Shown piece after piece: positions 38,001-49,975 of a stretch of DNA of 64,000 nt. Each line of letters opens with the position of its first letter. Position 1 is the first letter of the stretch. The stretch is from Setoptus koraiensis (Eukaryota > Animalia > Arthropoda). The notes beneath the pieces were generated by a model. It was not told the origin of the DNA. It was given only the letters and a program-made list of their open reading frames with translations, and searched no databases. The stretch spans positions 7,254,001 to 7,318,000 of the forward strand of contig CM106585.1 in assembly GCA_048013815.1 (NCBI GenBank). Reading direction: 5' to 3'. The position numbers and the translations under genes are program-made.

Positions 38001-41000
38001 CATCATTGATCGGAAACACAAACCATATATACACAACCATGGGCCGCTGTCCAATTTGTCTAGACACGGAGAAATGCTCTGTCGAAACCAACTGTGCTCA
38101 CACCTATTGTTCAAAATGTATACTGGCTTACTGGCGATTGCAAGGCGATCTTCACAGTGGACCTATCAGATGTCCGGTTTGCAGACAAATTGTGTTGAAA
38201 TTAACCAGGAGAGAGAATCAGATGCCACTCAATCCAGCAGACCATAAATTCACCACCACAAATACGGATAACTCTCATGCCAATAACACCACTATATTAA
38301 CTACAACAACAAAAACGGCCACAACAAATAGCATCAATGTAACCAACAAAACAAGCGAAAACAACGATAGCAACAATAATAACGACTGCCATAATACCAC
38401 ATCTACTATCAATCATCAACAAAAATCAGCCAGTAACACATCTATTAATTCTCTTAGCGGTCTTGTGACTAATAATAATACTAATACAAATAATGGCTTG
38501 AATAGTCACACCACTATAGTACACCACTATAGTAGCACGAACAACATATTGAATCACACTTCGGACATTGATGAATATAATAGAAGATACTCTAGTCTAG
38601 AGCAAAAATATCTTATTGATGAATGCTCAAACCATCATGACACACATTCCGCAGCAAGTAATGCTGCTCGTAGACGTGCTTCTAACAGGAGCTTGAGTAA
38701 TTCCAGGATACACCTATGCCTGATGGCCACATTTATGTATCTTATATCACCCATAGACTTTATACCAGAATTTATATTTGGCATTGTGGGCCTGATTGAC
38801 GATTTGTGTGTGATTTTTTTATGTTTTGTTTACATTACCATCAATGCAAGCTGTCTTCTGCTAGAGAAATATGTATATCCTGTAATCGATGATATCTGGA
38901 GAGTATTTTCTCAAACGGAACAAGCTGCCTCTCATCAAACTCGAACACACAGACATAGTAGACAATCTCGTCACTCGTTTAGATCGTAAACTCATATAGT
39001 TTCTTTTCCTTCAAGACGGGTCCAACTTATCAATGACACACAAACACATGGATCCACATTGAACTTATTAACCACAAGAATCACACATATACATAATTTC
39101 GACATGTCAACCATCATGACTAGATTATCAGACGTGAGATGAGACTTACCCACTGGAACCAACGGAGGTACAAAAAAGGTCGATACGTCCACCAGTGCGT
39201 AAGCAATTCGCCAATAAGAGGCCTATGTTAGAGAGATCGTTATTCATATTACCATTTTCATACCATCAGACACATGTGAATGCATGTTAATTATATAAAG
39301 TGTTTTGTTAGTTCTTGCCAAATACATTGTTGTTACGTTGTCGATATTCATGACAGGAGTTTTAAAGAGACTCTTATATAAAAGCCACAATGCCATACCA
39401 TTAACCGAGAGTACACAAAATAAGTGTAAACTAAGCAGGGAATACCTAGGAAAGTTGAAATCACAAAAATTGTTGGGGATATCAATCAATTAGATAAAAG
39501 AAAGTGTTACTGGAGTGAAATTATGTTATAATATTGGATAGATTAGTATAATTTTTGCGACGAAAAGAAAAAGCAATGGAGCGTTTAATTGTTTCATTCT
39601 CCCCTAACAAGACACCAAGAAAGTGAGAGAGAAAGAGAATAAAATCCACAGAACTCATTGAAGCATTTCAGCACACTAAAGCAATTAATACCTACCTAGA
39701 AGACAAAATAATGCTATGCATTTGACTAAATCATTTTGACTTTTTCTATCTACCGGCTTAGGGAACAAAATATTTCTCACTAAGTCTCCCTTCACTGTGG
39801 AAAATCCTACGCACATATGTAATTAGTTGTTGTAAGTTACACGAGATTTTGTTATTGAATCATGGTGATTAAAAAAGATTTTTATAAACAAACAAATAAA
39901 CCAATATGATTATTATCAGAGGTTTTCGGAAAAGGCAAAGCCATTACGAAATGTGTTATGATATGGTATAGTGAACACTTTAATTGTTGTCTCACCTGTT
40001 CTCAGAACTACCGCTCTAGGAGATAGATCGGCAGCTATATGTTGTACTTCAATGACTCTAGTTCCGCCGAATAAAGTGTTCTTACGATGATTCAACGGGC
40101 AATACATAACATTGGGATTCTCTTGAAGATGATACTTTCTAATGGGCACACTCTCGCCTGGTCAGCGTTGATTGAATCGATATTGTGTGATTTGTTTTTG
40201 TTATTTTATTAATATTCAAGTGAATGGTTAAGCCAGAAATGGATTCAAGTTTAGTCTCACCTGTTAGCATGCTCTCATCAACGGCACAGGTACCGCTTAG
40301 GAGAACCGCATCGCATTCTAAATTGAACGGCTTCGAATTAGTTGGCAGTATGATTACGTCACCTGGCTGATTATACAAGTATGTGTTGTTACAGCACAAA
40401 ATAAAAAGACAAAATTACGTTAGCTGTCGATAGCTGCTTTAAATGATCGTCATTAATGATTAGAGTGTTGATAGTTTTTGGCTGACCACAAGATCCGCGG
40501 ATGACTTCACTGTTACGTTGCCGTCTCTCAAGACAGACACCTCCGATTCTGAGTGTATCTTCTCCCTGAGAGTCATTCCTTGCTAAGCAAAACATAGATT
40601 AAAATTGTCGCTAGTTAGTGTTTGTTTTGTTTATATTCATTTCGTTCATTAGTTTGTCGACTCGAATGATACTACTTACTATTCTTGTTTGATAGGCTAA
40701 TATAATGAGTGACACAGTGGTCAAAACGGTAACACAAACTGCATATCCGATGTACTCTTGTTTGATCCAAACAACAATAATGAATATCTGATAAATGTAG
40801 AAAAGACCTCCGATCTGTCGATCATATGAGAGAGCACAAAGATGGGTGAGGTGCATGAGGTTCGGTAGTTGAGCTGCGAAGTGTAAGTTTACTAGTTAAA
40901 AGTACTAATTAACAGTACCTCTCTGAGAATAATTTTCCAAATAGGCTCAATGTCGGTGGATATTACATTAGAACCATAGAGCTTGAGCATTAGCTCTGAT

Positions 41001-41579
41001 TCGCTGGACGAATAACCGTCGCTCATTGTATACAGTATTCCGCATCGTTCCTTCTCTAGGCCTCTCAACTTGATAAATTGATTTATGTCGGGCCTCCAAA
41101 TATATTTAATCTTTTGGTGATCAAACGATGCAAAATTAACGGGCAATCTCATAGCGTCCTGAATATCGGGCCGATGCACTTTGCGCACGTATTCGTGGCC
41201 AAACTTGCAGTCCTATAGTTGCACGAATTTCAAAACAAAAGATGATGTAACGTGTAATAATAAATTGAGGTGTGAAATGTGAAAATTATATAAAGCTATT
41301 GTTGACATAGTTGTGACATTAGTTGCGTGTGTGTTTACTAACTGTTAAAACAACTCGAGTGGCCTGATTTAGGGGACATTTCTTATGAGTACATCTGATG
41401 AGCCACGATGGACGCCAGGCAATTAGAACTAGATTTAGTGAGCCAAATATACATGAGCATATAATGAATACAACCACCCGGAATATATTCAATGAGAATC
41501 CCTCAATAGCCATCTCGTCATCTTGTCCAATATTGATTCTTTCTGTACGCGTTAAGTAACGTTCTCTCGATTTGAGCAT
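32034..41579 (-). CDS. ATP13A: P5B-type ATPase (ATP13A2/3-like polyamine transporter family); exons 41579-41343, 41212-40919, 40814-40680, 40582-40487, 40366-40261, 40157-39996, 39806-39696, 39445-39399, 39222-39150, 35908-32034 (1711 aa)
   Basis: P5 N-terminal [10 protein letters not shown]...W.P; DLVPGDVI; [11 protein letters not shown]; [18 protein letters not shown]; CFDKTGTLT (phosphorylation site); [16 protein letters not shown]; KGAPE; MLTGDN; [10 protein letters not shown]; MVGDGSND; IASPFTS. All nine GT-AG introns keep the frame (5136 nt in total). Confidence 0.93.
38039..38989 (+). CDS. RNF170: RNF170-like RING E3 ubiquitin ligase, nested in ATP13A intron 9
   Basis: C3HC4 RING CPICL...[16 protein letters not shown]...RCPVCRQ plus C-terminal DUF1232-like [22 protein letters not shown] and a TM helix. 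An upstream exon is possible (acceptor-like cctcag near 37970). Confidence 0.85.
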   Translation: MGRCPICLDTEKCSVETNCAHTYCSKCILAYWRLQGDLHSGPIRCPVCRQIVLKLTRRENQMPLNPADHKFTTTNTDNSHANNTTILTTTTKTATTNSINVTNKTSENNDSNNNNDCHNTTSTINHQQKSASNTSINSLSGLVTNNNTNTNNGLNSHTTIVHHYSSTNNILNHTSDIDEYNRRYSSLEQKYLIDECSNHHDTHSAASNAARRRASNRSLSNSRIHLCLMATFMYLISPIDFIPEFIFGIVGLIDDLCVIFLCFVYITINASCLLLEKYVYPVIDDIWRVFSQTEQAASHQTRTHRHSRQSRHSFRS

Positions 41580-42909
41580 TTCTTTGCCTTTTCAATCACC
41601 ACCTATGAACACCATCAAAAATTAAGTGCGTCTTGTATTGCATAACTTTGTATATGTTGATTTTGATAGTAATTTTGTGTTATTATTTATTGTGGCAACA
41701 TGCTAATGCCAATGATAATTAGCTCATAGAATAAAGGCATTGTTAGTGATGAGCATAAGTAGAGGACCTTCCTCAAGTGTCGCGAACAATAAGTCACATG
41801 TTTTGGCTGTGATGATGTAATCTATCTACGATCTACAATCGTAGATAGCAGACAGTAAATAGATAACATACCAACGGAGAAGATGTAATGAGACAAGAAA
41901 AATAAGTGCTGAAAATAAACGTTAGACTTTATTGATCGCACAAGTTGTTACAAGACCAATCGTTCGTATAACTTGATCTCAATAGCCAGCTCGGTTAACT
42001 ATTTGGAACTAGAGGTAAGCTACTGCCAGTTAGTGTGATGAATAAATTGTGTTTATTTCAAGCGATGGAGTGAAAACGATTAAACGCTTATTTCAACTGA
42101 TGATGCCAGCTTCCAAAAACTTATCGTCGAGCTGTTGAGCTTGCGAGCAGTGAAAGTACAGACACTGGTGCTTTTGGATATTTTCATCAGTCAATCACGA
42201 CAGCTAAATTATCCATAGTGAAGCTGGCCAAAGTGCTACCGTAATGACAGAGCCGTAATTTCAGCTGGCCATTGTTGTTTCGTGTGATGTATTGATGCCA
42301 ATTGTTGTGATTATTGGCCTGGTCTTATTGTCGATGATGTCGTCAAAGTGGTAAAAGTTGCAAAGTCCAAGCGAATCGCTATTTCTCGCAACAACTAATC
42401 TGGTCTGGCCCGACAGAACCTCAAAATGGGCAATCTTTTGTTATTGTGTCCTGATGATACAAGCAGAAGCACACGTGACGCCGTTGTACACAATTACCGT
42501 TACACAATTTGTGTCGTATAACGGCATCAAGAGCAGCTCGGTGATTGCCAACCGCTCGATCATTGTTGTGTGGTGTTAATTGCGACAAATAGCGTTGAAA
42601 ATAAGAAGTGAACAGTTTCAGTATGACAAGCAGTTGCCATAGCGATTAACTTAAAACAGACAGATAATCCAGACTTGAGCCAGACATACCGTAATCTCGC
42701 ACAACTGACAAATGTTTGCCTTGTCTGCCTATAAAGAAAAACATCTTCTCACTTATTATCATTATTATTATACGAGATGACTAATGATGCAATGTTGTTG
42801 TCACTGACAACAACATTCGCTCATAGATCAACAAGCAGGTATTTTGGAGTGTGTTCAATCATTATCATGGTCAGCTGACAGGTGAATAGTTGTTGTGCGA
42901 ACAACAGCG

Positions 42910-42910
<1 letters not shown>

Positions 42911-42976
<66 letters not shown>
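42911..42976. repeat. Perfect (CAA)22 microsatellite
   Basis: Direct reading; intergenic between ATP13A and otopetrin. Confidence 0.95.
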
Positions 42977-42978
<2 letters not shown>

Positions 42979-44597
42979 GCAACAACGAGTCACTGCATCA
43001 TTAGCTACCGGTTACTATGAATAGACAGGTGAGAGTGGCCAACTACCTGCTCGAACTTGTGTGGCTAGACCACCACAACAGCTAGCAACAGGTTGTTGCT
43101 AGCTGTTGTTGTTCTTTTTGTGGTAGGTCTGTTGACAATGTAAATGCTCACAATACAAACTTCAGCAGATTATTGATCAGTGATTTGATGGTGTGACTAT
43201 TTCACTTATCCAAAAAGTGTGAGGTATTTTTAGTGCTGTTGACCACTGCACAACAACAAAACAAGACAATATTTGCAAATACACACAATTTAGTAGTGGA
43301 TATTATGCTAGTTGCGGGCTCTTCCGGATACCCAACAGAGTGTTTTTGTTGTGGCAACAATATGCCAATTTACTAATCATCATCAATGGTGTAGTTGTAA
43401 CGACAACAAATATAACAAAATTTGTGTTTATTGTTACGGTGTCTAATCTGACTAAACTGTAATGTTAATGCAACCTGTCTCAACTGTGCTACAAAATACT
43501 CAAGCGACAAACAAGCTCAAGTCACAGAAATAGTATTAGAATTCGGGCTTACGTAAGCAACTTAGAATAGTATTGTAATCAAGAACAAGCAACAGTCAAG
43601 CGAGCCCCACAAGTAAAAAAATTTGACAAAATTGACTTTTGACTGGTCATAAAAGTAGATATCGCCAACGGACTCAAGTAAAGTCAATTGCAACAATTAT
43701 ACAACTACAAATTACAACAGAACAGATCTGTTGTATCTGTTTTCACCCAATTGTTGGGCAGCCAGCGCACACTTGAACAGTGTACAGTTTTAGTTCCTAT
43801 AACCAATCAAGTCTAACGGGATAGCATTTGTATAAGTATAAGTGGCAGTTTATTTGAAATGAAACTGATCATGCTCACGAACAAATCGATTTAACCGCCA
43901 CCTCAACTCAACAATGATAATAATAGTAACAGTAATAATTAATAATAATAATAATTGATGTTGATATTGATAGCAACCTTAATGCAATTAGGCAAGTGCC
44001 AGTTGCCGTTTCAATGGCCTTCCTGGTAGCGTACGGTTAACCTTTCAAGTGTTAGCAAGTGTCTCAATCTATTAGGATGATGGATATTTTTAACTTATTT
44101 TAAACGGCATCGATTCTATTTGATAATAATAGTTGTTGCTGTTGTTTGTGGAGCACAATTTAAGTTGAGTTCAATTTTTTGTGTGTCGCCCGCGAAACAA
44201 GCGAAAGAAGAAAAAAGCGCAACACCAGAACTAAATGTGACAACAACAATTGTCTAACACAATCCAATTACAATATCCGCAAATGGCAAAAAATAACAGC
44301 ACATTCCGTGGTGTGTCCTCGGCCCCAACTGGCAATTGTCAGTTGCCGAACGTTGCAAGTCGATAGCTACAGGCAACACACTGATACTGGTTGAAAGCTG
44401 ATTAGCTCGCCGATATTTGTTTGATATTTGCACACAAATTTGATATTTGTGGTGGCGTTTGTATCGATATCGACAATAATCGATATTAATCATATTGTAT
44501 CACACGGCCTTCACCACCAATAGCCAGCAATAATAATTATTAATCAATGTGAGCCTCCTCCGACTTGCTGACTAATGCAGCGGTTGATGCAGTGATT

Positions 44598-45990
44598 ATG
44601 GCCGGCTCTAGGCCGATATTGTCCTACATATCGGCCGACAATATCCACCACAGCGATACCCAGCTTTGCGATATCCACAATAGCGATATCCATCATAGCG
44701 ATATCCAACACAGCGATATCCAGGCCGATTTCATGGCCAGTCCAAGCCGAACAGCACAATCGAATTCACACATGAACTTGCACTATCTTGCACGATTAAA
44801 TTCACTCGATTTCTCTGAGAACTGCTTGAACTTGCGAGCTACCAGTCACCTCAACATTGACAACACCGACAACACCGACAACACCGACAACACCGACAAC
44901 ACCGACAACAACGACAACAACGACAACACGGGCAGCATCGGCAACATCGACAACATCGACACCGACAACAGTGTCGGCTGCAATAGCCCAACAAGTAGTG
45001 ATATCAGCAACGACAAGACAAGTCAATTGGCTCATTTAGTCGACAGTGATCTCGACATCAGCCAACACAACAACCGCATATCAATCGATCACAGCAACTA
45101 CCTGTGTTATTGCCAGCATTGCAGCAGCGCAGCACCTGTCGTTTTGAGCGGAAATCGTTACGAATCGGCGCTATTCGTCGGCAACTCATGTCACTATAAT
45201 AATAGTAATAATCATAATAATAATTATAATAATAATGACGACGACGACGCGCGTGCAATGCAAACCAACGATGATGTGATTATCGGCGCCGCCAGCGAGA
45301 CAAATAATCGCAACAATCGACCAATTCAAGCGCATCAAATCAGTGCAACAAACAATCATCCACTCAAACAACAACAACAACAACAACAGCAGCAAAATCT
45401 CTTGTTGCCGGAGCACATGTTTCCATCGGGGCAAACCCCTTCAGAGCATCATTTTTTAGACGACGACGATCATCAGCAGCAGCAGCATCATCAGCAGCAC
45501 CATCATCATTATCATCAGCAGCACCATGAAGACTCAAAAGAAGCGCCAGACACGCGAGAGGCGAGAAATAAGCGACATAGGCGACGCAACAAGTCGGCGA
45601 CCCAACGCCCACGCATATCCGGCCAGCAGTCGAGTGTGTATCACGTCACAGGTCGTGCTGTGCCCGATTCGACGGGCCGCAACGAGCAACAACAATACGC
45701 ACACTATTCGCAACAACAATATCAACAATATCAAGACACACAAGACGAAGATAAGTTTGACACCGGCGTTGAGCATGTGCAAATATCGCCCGATCATCGA
45801 CACCGTCAGCCGATCGGACCAACGAGCCAGCTAGGCGAGCAGCGCCAACAAGCGGCTAGAGGAACGCGCGAAAAGAAAGAAAAGAAGAAGCCAACCAACA
45901 GTGATAATTATATCTTGCACAGCTCCACTGACGAATACTCCGATTCCATAGAACTTGCAATCAATCAGCGTCGCAGCAACAACAACCGAC

Positions 45991-46021
<31 letters not shown>

Positions 46022-49000
46022 GCAGCAGCCGCATAAGCACAATATTAGTCGATCACACAAACAACAACAAACAAAACAAGAGCCAAATCAGCAAGACAAT
46101 CATCATGATCTCATCATAGACAGCAGCATTGAAACTAACAAACTGTCGTCGCCATTGCAACAACCACAACAACAACATCAACAACATCAACAACAAGAAC
46201 AGCAACAGCAACAACATCAGCTGACCACAGGCGACGAGCTTGTGAGCGACAACAGCGACACTAACAACTACATCGGCAGCAGACGCAAACAGACAACAAA
46301 TTTGCACAAATCAATTAATCGATCGGACATGACCAATCGTTACACGGGTACACAACTGACCGCTAGAGGCGCCCCGCCAGTTGCATCAAACGACATCAAC
46401 AAGACAGCGCAACATGACGACAGCGATCTATTGTTTGTGGACACAGGAAATTACAAACATTCACCCTTTGGTTTGCGTCATCACCTCAGTTTACCTGGGG
46501 CCGTTACGGGGCCCAGCACGGCGCACACGATAAACAGTGGCTCGACAGTGTTGAGTCAGCAGCATCAGCGTCACCGTCAGCGTAACCGTTATGTCAGCCC
46601 TGGCAAGTTACATAATACACCTGGTGCGCATCAACTACAACAGGATCAGCTGGCCACAGCGGGTCAGTACTCGATTAATCGATTCAGGGCGCCCGTCAGT
46701 CAGCATTCCAACGATCTGTCTACGCACTCGTCGACTTCCTATTTGATTCAGCAGCAAAACAACAAAAACAGTCTTGGTGCAGCAACAACGACAAGCACTT
46801 CCAGTGAGCCGGCCAACAGCCAGCTGAAACCGGCCACGGCTATGCTGAGCCAAGTCGACTGGTCGTCATCGAGTGGCTCCGACAAGCAACAGCAACAACA
46901 GCAACAACAACAACAACATCCGTATCAAAACCGCTCGTCGTCACAACAGTTCAGTCATCTCAACAAACAGAGCAACACTGATCAACAGCAACAACAACAG
47001 CAAGCGTCTCATGTGTTGGTGAAATTTTGCTCCATTGTGTATGCCATGTTCCTCGTTATTTTGGGCTGTATACTACACATTAGTGAGTTGAAAAAGAAAA
47101 CCCAAAATTCCATAGATCACATCTACAGTTCCCTGGTGGCCGTTATCGGTATGCTATGGTTGGCATTTTTGCACGTCGACCTGCAAAGATACAAGCGATT
47201 TGCGTCACGATTCCTCTTGCTAGACTCCATATTAGATCCAAACGGAACAAGCAATACCAGTTCGGACAGGATGAGTCTAAACACTGAGGTGATATTCAAG
47301 CGATCGGCTCAATTGCAATCTCGCTACAATCACCATTTAGCCACAACAACAGCGCCAACAACCTCCAGATCGTCGCCATTGAACGGCCACTTGAATTCGT
47401 TTCAGCGAATACCATCAAATCGCTCAAAATCAGCCCCGCTGTCGTCATCAACGAATCATATAAATTGTCAAGTGGACGACATGTATCAATTGAACCAATT
47501 GAATGTCACCAACTTTGTGCCCGCCTACAAGTTTTTGCGCGGCAAAATTGGCGCCGGCTTCTACCTCAAGTGTGGCATGGCAGGTGAGTTGTCAATTGTT
47601 ATTAATTATAATTAATTATAATCAGCAATCACACCAGTTGTTTGCTAATATATATCTCGCATTCATTGCTCATCCTTTTTTGGCAGCCTTCTGCTTCGGT
47701 CACGTAGTTCACGAGGGCCTCCACTTTGGTCAGCACATCTACTTCTTGGTCAATGACAACGGACGATGCCAGGACATTCCGGCCTTGGTGGCGCACCTCA
47801 TCACGCCCCTATATTCGTTTTATCAGTTGTTCATCATGTTTAAATACTCGAACGTAAGCCTTTGCTCTCTTTACTAATCTCTCTAATATTCATATACTAA
47901 TAATATACATTCATATCCAGTATATATTCACATGTACATGTGAATATATCACATTTGTTTGTTTATTTTTGCCCTGTTTACTCATTCATAATCCCTCATT
48001 CATATCCCCATTCATCCTGTCATCCAGCTTGTAATCAACAGGTACAAAGGGTTCGCCTATTTCGGTCTTATGCACGTCATTGGCACTTCCATTTCGTTCT
48101 GGTTTAGGACAATTATAGAGGAGGCTTTTGATGATTTCATCACCAAAATGGACTATTTCAAACAACACCATTCAGGCCCCTACAATGAGCACCAACGTAA
48201 TTCGCACAAATTCTACGCCAATGGCACCGCCAACAATATAATACCATCAATAGCGGCAAACAATAGTGCGGACAGGTTGCTCACTAGTGACACCCAATAT
48301 AACACTAATTCAACTGGCCAACATGACCATGACAGCGCCAATCATGCGGCCGCCAATCACAACGGAGCCCATCATTCCGTTGGTCAGCATAACGGGTCCG
48401 CAAACAATAATCACCATGTTAAATTCAATCAATCTGGTGATGATCATTCAAATGCAACAATGCAAACATCCGATCCGTTGTCGGCGTCGGCCAATTCCTA
48501 TGCTCACAGCTCCCATAATCAACATCAACCTTACAACAACAGAGACACTAGTGCCAGTAATATTAGTCAACATATAATAGCTTTAATGTCGCCCCATCTA
48601 TCAGTGATTGCGCCCCAATTGGCGGCAACACTGCCAGAATCTTATGCTTGCTCACAGAATTCACTATTGACGACAAAATCCATGAATGCATTACCTTATC
48701 TATATCCGTTCACTATTGAATATAATCTATTGATAGCTGCAACATTTTTAGAATTGTATTTCAATGTTGGAAAAATGTCTACCAATGCCTATAACAATCC
48801 CTATAGGCGCGAGATAAAACAAAATTGTGACGGAATAGAAGAATTTGAATATAAAAGCAATTTTGTTGTTAGTGCCGATTGTCATGCAGCGAATAGGGGC
48901 CTGTTTTGTGGCTTCTTTACACTTTTAGTCACCCTAGTGTCAATAGTGATATTCTTTGTTAGCATGAGTAAGCCAGGCCATCACGAATTGGGTATTAAAA

Positions 49001-49581
49001 TCAATCTCATCCAAGAGACAGTATTAGTGTTGCTTATACTAGTGGTTGCCACATTGGCATTCATGCAAACTAGCCGCCTCAATAGGAATCCATGCATAAG
49101 GGATCAAATCACTACTAATGATACATTGATGCTCATACCATTGCCATTCTTTTTTACACACTCACTACTATCTGTCAAAGCGGAATACGGAACTGTTACT
49201 ACGCCACTGAGAGAGGTCTCTCTTTTCAAATGGATCGCCATCATTATTAACTTGATTACAGTCATTGAGGTACTGGTGCAAACATCGTTTATTGTTGATG
49301 GCTTAAGGCGATGCTCACAATCAAGATATCTGAGATTTAAAAAACCTGGCAGAGAATTGCTCACCTTTTGCATCATTCTCAATCTCACCTTATGGATCGT
49401 TAGCACCTTCGAATCAAAGAGTGTGGAGCAATACCATGTCGAGATAGAGTATTATGGCCCGCTATCTTGGATGTTTGTATCACACACCACCTTGCCGGTA
49501 ATGCTCTTCTATAGGTATCATAGCTCAGTTTGTTTAGCTGAGATTTGGGGTAGGGCCTACAAAGCAGCCAAATCTTACTGA
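44598..49581 (+). CDS. Otop: Otopetrin-family proton channel with ~800-aa low-complexity N-terminus; exons 44598-47583, 47687-47853, 48028-49581 (1568 aa)
   Basis: Motifs GFYLKCGMA|AFCFG, YSFYQLFIMFK, FGLMHVIGTSISFWFRTII.E, PYLYPFTIEYNL, DCHAANRGLFCG, KKPGRELLTF, FYRYHSSVCLAEIW. Both introns are GT-AG and frame-preserving. The start codon is uncertain. Confidence 0.92.
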
Positions 49582-49975
49582 ATAACTAAATCTGTCTGTC
49601 CACCATCTTCTATTCAATGAGTAACAATTAAATCTCGTCACCCATATTCATTATTTGTTATTATGTATCGGTATCTAAAGGTATAGCACTCTCTAAGTAA
49701 AGCAATTCTCGGTGCTTGTTCTCTCGCTTGATTCTTACAATCTAAACATGACAATTTAAAACATAGCCTTCGTAGATAGATGAGAGCTCGAATAGTTTAT
49801 TCAATATTGACAACAAAGAGATAATTTGTTGCAGCCATCGAATCCAACTTAATATAATAGTTGTTGAATTATCAATTGAATACAAACAAATTTCTTCATT
49901 TACTATTGCAACAAATTTCTTTTTCCTTCAATGGCATCGCCAGTTTTACTTATAATACCGTGTAACAGATGCCCT

